Assembly: GCF_006345805.1 (NCBI RefSeq)
Contig: NW_021828355.1
Coordinates: forward strand, 1 to 8,705
Direction of reading: 5' to 3'
From: Octopus sinensis
Lineage: Eukaryota
Length of the DNA stretch: 8,705 nt
Position numbers and translations under genes: made by a program. This document shows, piece by piece, positions 1 to 7,000 of the stretch. Numbering within the stretch: position 1 is the first letter of the stretch; each line of letters begins with the position of its first letter. Under the pieces are notes generated by a model that worked only from the letters and a program-made list of their open reading frames with translations, did no database searches and had not been told where the DNA came from.

Positions 1-44
<44 letters not shown>

Positions 45-103
45 ATAATATATGTATATATAAATATATACATATAAATATATAAATATATACATATATA
101 TAA
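1..103. repeat. (TA)n microsatellite, imperfect
   Basis: Direct reading: atatat... with occasional c/g/aa interruptions. Confidence 0.97.
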
Positions 104-105
104 AA

Positions 106-342
106 CGGAGGTACGCAGATGTGGTGCGTACCACAAACCACCAACGTATTGTTGAAAGGGCAGCTGCTGAGCAGGAATCTTTTTTGTGCATGGCACAAAA
201 GATTGTACAGCAGCTAACCTGGCTCCATCAGGCTCAGGCTCGCAGATGGAACTGCCCACAGTTCACAAGACCGCCACAGCAGATGGACCCAGGGTGGACA
301 CCGCCGGCAACAGCATACACCTCACCTCGATGCTCCTACTGA
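106..342 (+). pseudogene. Probable C-terminal remnant of LINE ORF1
   Basis: Open frame RRYADVVRTTNHQR...SFLCMAQ...PPQQMDPGWTPP ending TGA at 340-342. It lies directly upstream of, and overlaps, the ORF2 ATG at 330. The YADVV motif and low-complexity P/Q tail resemble LINE ORF1 C-termini (inference). Confidence 0.45.
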
Positions 343-1000
343 ACATCAGAGGACTACTAACACACAGTAACAGGACAAAAGTCCCGTTCCTGAGAGACTT
401 TGTCGCATGCAATCAAGCCTTATGCATAGCACTCACAGAAACGCATCTGAAACCGGACATAGCAGATGCGGAATTACACATACCACAGTATGTTGTACTA
501 CGACGGACCGACAGGAAAGAAAGAAGTCATGGAGGAGTTGCTATGTACATCCGTGGGGACCTCACACCCCAGGTCCTTTTGTCATACTCAAACTCGGTGT
601 GTGCACCACTAATTGTACACATAAGGCAACTTGATGTAGTTGTGTGTGCTACATATCGCCCTCCAGATGCCCCAAGTCATATGGGCAAGTTTGAGGACTG
701 CCTTTTAAAAATAGAAGAAGTTCTAACCACATTAGAACAACACATAAGTGTACTTCTCTTGGGAGACTTCAATCTACCCAATGTCAGATGGCCCGAGGGC
801 CTTTCTCTCCCAGGAATGACAAGATGTGAACGAGGACAGGCGAGGTCCCTCCTGAACCTCATCAACACCGTGTACATGGCAAGTAATACTCCAACCAACC
901 AGAGCAGGTAACACACTGGATCTCTGCTTCACAAATGACATGGATCTCATCCATAATGTGAAAGTGACCGACACTACTCTCGGATCACAACATGGTAGAG
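330..1000 (+). pseudogene. LINE ORF2 apurinic-type endonuclease (APE/EEP) domain, frameshifted
   Basis: MLLLNIRGLL...IALTETHL...RTDRKERSHGGVAMYIR...YRPP...LLGDFNLP. A ccaa duplication near 892-900 shifts the frame; the domain continues as PTRAGNTLDLCFTN and ends with the catalytic SDH (tcg gat cac, 980-988). Confidence 0.92.
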
Positions 1001-1483
1001 CTGTACACAAGAACAAAATCCCCAGAGAGAGGAAAATTTTAATGAGACGGCGTACAAAAATTTCAAATCGCCGAAACAAACAAATTGAACAGTGAAAAGT
1101 CCCGCCTGAAAATAAAACTGTTAGAAATTGAAAATTGTCTGCAACTCTCCCATGAGAAGGAGAGAGCAGACAAGAAGCCTGGGCTATAGACAACATAAAA
1201 ACTAACCCCAGAGCTTTCTACAGGTATGCCAAAGAAACAGCTACGGTGCACTGTAGGATAGGGCCACTCCTTGAAAAGGATGGCACACTCACAGGAAAAC
1301 CAATGAGGGCAAGTGAAATACTGAATGAACAATTCAAGAGTGTTTTCACTCCACCCCACCCCTTGGGCATTTCCAAATCAGCAATCCAACTGACTTCTTA
1401 CCTCTGCAGATATAGAATCAGAGGCGGCGACGATAAATTACATCGATATAAAGGAAGACGATGTAATAAAGGCTCTAGATGAA

Positions 1484-2281
1484 ATGAAAACAGACTCAGC
1501 TATTGGCCCCGATGGATTCCCGGCAATCCTCCTAAAAGTATGTAAGAGAGTCCTAGCAAGACCATTGCAGTTCCTCTTTCAGAGCTTCCTTGCAGCTGGC
1601 AAACTTCCAAGAAAACTGAAGGAAGGTAAAATATGCCCTATTCATAAAGGAGGTAGCAGAGCGGAGGCCAAGAACTACAGACCTATCTCTCTGACCTCAC
1701 ACATCAGCAAGGTCATGGAACGAATAGTCAGAAGGAAACTAATCACCTTTCTTGAAGAAAATGACTTGCTGCCTGACACCCAACATGGTTTCCGACCAGG
1801 AAGAAGCTGCTTAACTCAGCTCCTGCAGCACTATGACTGGTTGCTGAAACAACTGCTCAACCACTCAAATGTGGAAGTCATATATCTCGACTTCGCAAAG
1901 GCCTTCGATAAAGTCGATCATGGAATGATATGTCACAAACTGCGTGATCTTGGCATAGTTGGAAAACTAGGAGAATGGCTTCATGACTTTCTGAAGAATA
2001 GAAGTCAGGTGGTACCAGCCAATGGGGCCACTTCCATTAGCACGCAAATAGTGAGCGGTGTTCCACAGGGCACTGTTTTGGGACCACTACTGTTCATAAT
2101 GGCCCTCTCAGACATGCCCTCAGCCACGCGGAGAGCCACGATCACAAGTTATGCAGATGATACAAAAGTTTCACAGGCAATACAGAACCCTGAAGACACT
2201 AAGCACCTGCAATGTGAGCTGGACAAAATATACAAGTGGGCTGAAAAGAATAGCATGCAGTTCAATGCTGAAAAGTTTTAA
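1484..2281 (+). pseudogene. LINE ORF2 reverse transcriptase core (uninterrupted 265 aa segment of a broken ORF2)
   Basis: GPDGFP, KNYRPISLTSHISKVMERIV, QHGFRPGRSCLTQLL, YLDFAKAFDKVDH, SGVPQGTVLGPLLF, YADD (2150-2161). Ends at a premature TAA. Confidence 0.96.
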
Positions 2282-3026
2282 GCTTTATACTATCAGCATG
2301 CAAACTGAATGCAATACCCAATGATACACTGACCGGAGGGATTGCAATCCCAGAGGCACAATCAGTGCGTGACCTGGGTATTCACATGAGTGATGACGCG
2401 ACCTTTCATGTACATGTTGCTAACTGACAATGAAATGCAGACGGCTGGCTGGATGGATTCTTAGAACCTTTAGAACAAGAGAACAGAAACCATGATGGTC
2501 CTCTGGAAGACACTTGTCCTAAGCCACTTTGACTATTGCTCTCAGCTATGGTCACCATCCAGTGGCAAGTTGATCACAGAACTTGAGGCGATCCAACGAA
2601 GCTACACGAGCTACTGGGAGAGACTCAAGAGATTAAAGCTCTATTCCCTGGAGCGTAGGCGAGAAAGATATGCCATAATATATATCTGGAAGATCCTGGA
2701 AGGTCTTGTCCCAGACTTTGGCATCGAGAGTCACACAAACGCCAGAACCGGACGCCACTGCGTAGTACCAAGGACTCCAAATTTGCCATCAAGATGTAGG
2801 ACAAGATATGTGATAGCCTGGGCTTCAGAGGCCCACGGCTCTTCAATGTCCTCCCGAAGAACCTGAGGGACCTGCATGGTGTAGATGCGGATGTCTTTAA
2901 AGTAGGACTGGATCTCTTCCTGTCAGGTGTCTCGGATGAACCACTTCACGGCAGGAGGTGCAGATGAGGGCAGCTGCATCGAACTCTCTCATGCATCAGA
3001 TGGCGTTTGCTAAAAAGCATCCGTGA
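2282..3026 (+). pseudogene. LINE ORF2 C-terminal region, frameshifted
   Basis: VRDLGIHM, LVLSHFDYCSQLWSP, ELEAIQRSY, RLKLYSLERRRERY, then GPRLFNVLP in a shifted frame. Terminal stop TGA at 3024-3026. Confidence 0.85.
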
Positions 3027-3072
3027 GGTAAACCCGTGTAGCAAACCAAATGGCGGTGCCCCAGCATGGCCA

Positions 3073-3117
3073 CAGCTCATTAGCTGAAACTGAAAAATCA
3101 AAATCAAAATCAAAATC
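3073..3117 (+). repeat. LINE 3' terminal stem-loop and tandem tail
   Basis: cagct-catt-agctg hairpin (3073-3086), ctgaaa x2, then aaaatc x4 (3094-3117). Confidence 0.75.
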
Positions 3118-3184
3118 ATATACATATTATAATATATATATATATATATAATATATATTATATATATATATACATATATATATA
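3118..3184. repeat. (TA)n microsatellite
   Basis: Direct reading. Confidence 0.95.
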
Positions 3185-3353
3185 TGAAGCTTTGTCATGA
3201 CAGGTCACCGTCTCAAAGCGACGAAAATATTTGGACATCTAACGGTTTTTGTGTGTTTCTTAATGGCTTATAAACACCTTCCATGCTGAAATTGTTTTCG
3301 TTCCAGCACACACATCAGATCAGGTCACTTGCTATGCAAGTACATCTCCGTAA
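3185..3353 (+). repeat. Unit 1 of a TA-spaced repeat (putative Penelope-like pLTR fragment); hammerhead core degenerate
   Basis: tgaagctttgtca...catctccgtaa, nearly identical to unit 2. Core reduced to tgacag; lacks 28 nt present in unit 3. Confidence 0.85.
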
Positions 3354-3408
3354 TATATATATGTTATATATATTATATATAGTTTATATATATATACATA
3401 TACATATA

Positions 3409-3450
<42 letters not shown>
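3354..3450. repeat. (TA)n microsatellite
   Basis: Direct reading. Confidence 0.95.
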
Positions 3451-3454
<4 letters not shown>

Positions 3455-3620
3455 GCTTTGTCAGTGAACAGGTCACCGTCTCAAAGCGACGAAAATATTG
3501 GACACCTAACGGTTTTTGTGTGTTTCTTAAATGGCTTTAAACACCTTCCATGCTGAAAATGTTTTCGTTCCAGCACACGATATCAGATCAGGTCACTTGC
3601 TATGCAAGTACATCTCCGTA

Positions 3621-3621
<1 letters not shown>
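3451..3621 (+). repeat. Unit 2 of the TA-spaced repeat
   Basis: Same ends as unit 1. Keeps the gtgaaca core and gaaa-atat-t, is 1 nt short at the predicted cleavage site, and shares the 28-nt deletion. Confidence 0.87.
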
Positions 3622-3693
<72 letters not shown>

Positions 3694-3713
3694 TATATAT
3701 ATATATACATATT
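3622..3713. repeat. (TA)n microsatellite
   Basis: Direct reading. Confidence 0.95.
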
Positions 3714-3912
3714 AAGCTTTGTCAGTGAACAGTTTGCGGTCGGAAAGCGACGAAAATATTTTAACAAATTCAATTTAAAAAATGTTGAAGTGAATCTAAC
3801 GGTTTTTGTGTGTTTCTTAAATCGCTTATAAACACCTTCCACGCTGCAATTATTTTCGTTCCAGCACACGATCTCAATCAGGTCACTTGCTATGCAAGAC
3901 ACATCTCCGTAA
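3714..3912 (+). repeat. Unit 3 of the TA-spaced repeat (longest, most diverged copy)
   Basis: aagctttgtcagtgaacag...catctccgtaa, with an extra aattcaatttaaaaaatgttgaagtgaa. Confidence 0.87.
3718..3768 (+). ncRNA. Putative minimal type I hammerhead ribozyme, G3-C8 core variant
   Basis: Manual fold: stem I UUUGUCA (3718-3724) / UAACAAA (3762-3768), 6 of 7 pairs; core GUGAACA (3725-3731); stem II arms in 3732-3737 and 3747-3751; GAAA (3752-3755); palindromic helix III AAUAUU (3755-3760); U17 at 3761. Confidence 0.6.
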
Positions 3913-4159
3913 TGTACTTTATTGCTACACAGAAATAAGTAAAAAAAAAAAAAAACAACAAGAAAAAACATTTTCTAGTAAAAAAATTGTTTTATTGAAT
4001 TAGAAAAAAATTCATTTTAATTAACAATAAACAAATCAGTAAATCCGGGAATCTTGTTAGTGTTGTTGTATTGGTTGCAGTACTGGTACTATCAGTGGTA
4101 TTGTCTTGGTGGTAGTTGTTCCTAGGGATTCTCATGTTGCTGTAACTGTAGTAGAGTAT

Positions 4160-4544
4160 TAGTTAGATAATTAGTTAGTTAGTTATTTAGTTCATTTTTG
4201 GCTCAAAAAGCAAAAGCAAGGCCATGTAGGGGGGACATGGAGTTATGTACAGGGTGGTGTTCATGTAAAGAGTTCAGGCCATTTCTGGTCAAGGAGACTT
4301 TGAACCGAGCGGTCGTCAGCATCTTCACCATCTCGTCCGGAAGCTTGTTCCACGGATCCGCAACCCGGACGGAGAAAGACCCTCTCCTTCGACTGAGATG
4401 AGTCGTCGCAGATAGAGCTTTTCGGAGTGACCCCGCAACCTACGCTCTGGAGCAGGAGTGAAGAACAGCTCTTTCGAGAGGTTACACTTTCCGCTTATGA
4501 TGTTGTGAGCAAGAATGAGATCACCGGACGGCGTCGTCTAGGGG
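4160..4544 (-). mobile_element. 3' fragment of a second CR1-type LINE family with (TAAC)n-like tail
   Basis: The - strand encodes, with frameshifts, RRR..GDLILAHNIISGK...LRGHSEKLYLRR..RRGSFSVRVADPWNKLP, the typical CR1 ORF2 C-terminus. It is followed by a 3' UTR and aactaaataactaactaactaa. Confidence 0.85.
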
Positions 4545-5270
4545 GTATGGAGAAAATCAGGTGTAGTGTTGGTGAATCTCAGGAAGCATGGAAGTTTTGA
4601 AGGATGCAGTGCTCCGACAACTAACAACTGATGCCGGCAGTTTGTTCCATGCTTGTGTGTGTATGGAGGGGAGAAGATCAGGTGTAGTGTTGGCGAATCT
4701 CAGGAAGCATGGACGTTTTGAAGGATGCAGTGCTCCGACAACTAACAACTGATACCGGCAGTTTGTTCCATGCTTCAGTGTGTGTATGGAGGGGAGAAGA
4801 TCAGGTGTAGTGTTGGCGAATCTCAGGAAGCATGGAAGTTTTGAAGGATGCAGTGCTCCGACAACTAACAACTGATGCCGGCAGTTTGTTCCATGCTTGT
4901 GTGTGTATGGATGGAGAAAATAAGTGTAGTGTTGTTTGGTGAATCTCAGGAGCATGGAAGTTTTGAAGGATGCAGTGCTCCGACAACTAACAACTGATGC
5001 CGGCAGTTTGTTCCATGCTTCAGCGTGTGTATGTAGAGGAGAAAATCATGTGTAGTGTTGGCTAATCTCAGGAAGCATGGAAGTTTTGAAGGATGCAGTG
5101 CTCCGACACCTAACAGCTGATGCCGGCAGTTTGTTCCATGCTTCAGCGTGTGTATGGAAGGGACCAAATCAGGTGTAGTGTTGGCGAATCTCAGGAAGCA
5201 TGGAAGTTTTGAAGGATGCAGTGCTCCGATAACTAACAACTGATGCCGGCAGTTTGTTCCATGCTTCAGC
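4545..5270 (-). repeat. Six-copy tandem array, unit ~119-126 bp, derived from the CR1 ORF2 end
   Basis: Anchor gtgtagtgtt at 4561, 4682, 4805, 4924, 5050 and 5173. Each unit encodes AWNKLPASVVSCRSTASFKTSMLPEIRQHYT-stop (or a close variant) plus ~25 nt of 3' UTR. Confidence 0.95.
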
Positions 5271-5813
5271 AACTCTCAGCGTGAAAAAATGTTTCCTGAA
5301 GTCATGGGAGCTGTGCTGTTTTCTGACTTTCTAAATATGACCACGGGTGTTAGATGGGTGGAGTTTGAAAAGGTGCTCAGAGTTATTGTTTGTAAGATGG
5401 TTATAATTTTATGGGTTCTGCCAAGTCAGCTGCCAGACGTCGGAGTTTCAATGTATCCATGCCCAGGGAAGTAAGGCGTTCAGAATATGGCAATTCCTGA
5501 TGGAGGTTATTCTTTTGGTTGCACATCGCTGAACGGCTTCCAGACGATTGAATCCTGGGCAAGAAGGGGTTCCAGACCGGTGATTCAAATTCCAGGTGAG
5601 ATCTTACCATAGCTATATAAAGCCGCAGATAGATAGTCGGAGAGCGGCTCACAAGGACTTGGTGAGTGATGCCAAGACACCCTCAGCCTTCTTGGCAATT
5701 TTAGCAATGTGTTTTGTCCAACACGAATCTCTGTCGACAATAATAACCAGGTCACGTTCACAAGAAGACTTTTTGAGATTAGTGTTGTGGAGGGAGTAAT
5801 TGGACGCTGGGTA
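4545..5813 (-). mobile_element. 5'-truncated third CR1-type LINE fragment (ORF2 C-terminus), terminal segment tandemly amplified
   Basis: The - strand gives, across frameshifts, CERDLVIIVD..KHIAKIAKKA..LYIAMVRSHLEFESPVWNP..YSERLTSLGMDTLKLRRLAADL..NTRGH..FRKHFFTLRVAEAWNKLP, running straight into the array. Confidence 0.88.
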
Positions 5814-5978
5814 GTAAAAAATATATGTAAAAGAAGGAAGGAAAATCAATGTTTTTTCGTCCTATATTCCGTTGTCACTTTCCGTGATGAATATTTTAAT
5901 TATTATTGTTGAAGCTGTTGTCATCGTCTTAATTCTTGTTCTTGCATTTGTTGTTGTTGTTATAGCAATTGCTGCTGA

Positions 5979-6275
5979 TTTTTTTGTGCCCCCTTTCCAA
6001 GCCTAGCCTAACCCTAACCCTCATGGGCCCGGTTTCCCGGTTTCCGTGGCGTATGTGTTCCCCCACCCTCTGCGTTACCCAAGAAACAGGAAGAAAGTAT
6101 GAGAGAAAGTTGGGGCGAAAAAGTAGAACAGGGGTCGCCACCGACCCCTGCCGGAGCCTCGTGGAGCTTTTAGGTGTTTTCGCTCAATAAACACACACAA
6201 CGCCCGGTCTGGGAATCGAAACCGCGATCCTCCGACCACGAATCCGCTGCCCTAACCACTGGGCCATTGCGCCTC
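5979..6275 (-). mobile_element. tRNA-derived SINE, tail type A
   Basis: The - strand head GAGGCGCAATGGCCCAGTGG...GGTTTCGATTCCC has A box TGGCCCAGTGG and B box GTTTCGATTCC (6201-6275). Shared core, then tail gggtaacg...ggaaaccgggaaaccgggcccatgag...ctaggcttg. Confidence 0.88.
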
Positions 6276-6278
6276 AAG

Positions 6279-6298
6279 ATATATATATATATATATAT

Positions 6299-6387
<89 letters not shown>

Positions 6388-6517
6388 TATATATATAATA
6401 TATATATAATATATATATAGATTATATATATATATATATATATAATATATTATATATATCTAATATATATATATATATATATATATCTATATTATATATA
6501 TATATATATATATTATA
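6279..6517. repeat. Long (TA)n microsatellite (~240 bp)
   Basis: Direct reading. Confidence 0.97.
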
Positions 6518-6798
6518 TCACCGTGATCGCCAGGCTATCAGATGTTGTTACACATCGCTGGTCACAATGCCCTTCGCATTGTTTACGACCCCTTCGAATG
6601 ACGCCACCCCACGCTGGCTAGGCGAGCAGGCCAACAGAAGAAGAGTACAACAGGGGTCGCCAGCGACCCCTGCCGGAGCCTCGTGGAGCTTTTAGGTGTT
6701 TTCGCTCAATAAACAACACACAACGCCCGGTCTGGGAATCGAAACCGCGATCCTCCGACCACGAGTCCGCTGCCCTAACCACTGGGCCTTGCGCCTCC
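6518..6798 (-). mobile_element. tRNA-derived SINE, tail type C
   Basis: Same head (6724-6798) and core, then an unrelated tail cttctgttggcctgctcgcctagcc...gcattgtgaccagcgatgtgtaacaacatctgatagcctggcgatcacggtga. Confidence 0.85.
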
Positions 6799-6998
6799 AC
6801 AAAATAAATTCGCCCTTTTCAAGCCTAGCCGGCTCGTGGGCCCGGTTTCCCGGTTTTTGTGGCGTATGTGTTCCCCCTCCCCTCAGCGTTACCCAAGAAC
6901 AAAAGAGAGAGTGAGAAAAGTTGTGACAAATGAGTACAACAGGGGTCGCCACCGACCCCTGCCGAGTTTCGTAGAGCTTTTAGGCGTTTTCGCTCAGT
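6799..6998 (-). mobile_element. Headless SINE copy, tail type A
   Basis: Aligns with 8281-8490. Cut at cgctca where the type B tail begins. Confidence 0.82.
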
Positions 6999-7000
6999 GA

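Larger units (their letters stand above)
104..3117 (+). mobile_element. CR1-group non-LTR retrotransposon (LINE), 5'-truncated and inactivated
   Basis: Ordered APE endonuclease motifs (LLNIRGL, LTETHL, GGVAMY, YRPP, LGDFNLP, SDHN), RT motifs (GPDG, YRPISLTS, QHGFRPGRSC, LDFAKAFDKVDH, GVPQGTVLGP, YADD), C-terminal RDLG / YCSQLWSP / LYSLERRR, stop at 3024-3026 and a short tandem-repeat tail. Several frameshifts and stops. Clade assigned from motifs only. Confidence 0.93.

Noticed and set aside
677-1359. Minus-strand ORFs opposite the LINE
   Set aside because: Antisense shadows of the LINE coding sequence with no recognisable domain.
1484-2281. Functional RT gene, retron or group II intron
   Set aside because: The flanks carry an APE domain and a CR1-type C-terminus broken by stops and frameshifts, so this is a dead LINE copy.
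95-3130. Target-site duplication of the LINE
   Set aside because: Both flanks are (TA)n, so any match is uninformative.
3531-3831. ORFs rich in IYIYIY (also 6174-6398)
   Set aside because: Translation artefacts of (TA)n microsatellites.
3848-3886. Second hammerhead-like motif on the - strand (CUGAUUGA-GAUC..GAAC-GAAA)
   Set aside because: The core has 1-2 extra nucleotides depending on the copy, helix II has an A-A mismatch, and no helix I partner for GUGAC is found.
4545-5270. CRISPR-like array, or a repeat-protein gene (ORFs 4557-4955, 4801-4986, 4946-5272)
   Set aside because: There are no unique spacers and no cas genes. The units are copies of a CR1 ORF2 end, each containing its stop codon.
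6201-6275. SINE heads as tRNA genes (all five copies)
   Set aside because: A and B boxes are present, but the acceptor and anticodon stems do not pair, and each head runs into a SINE body.
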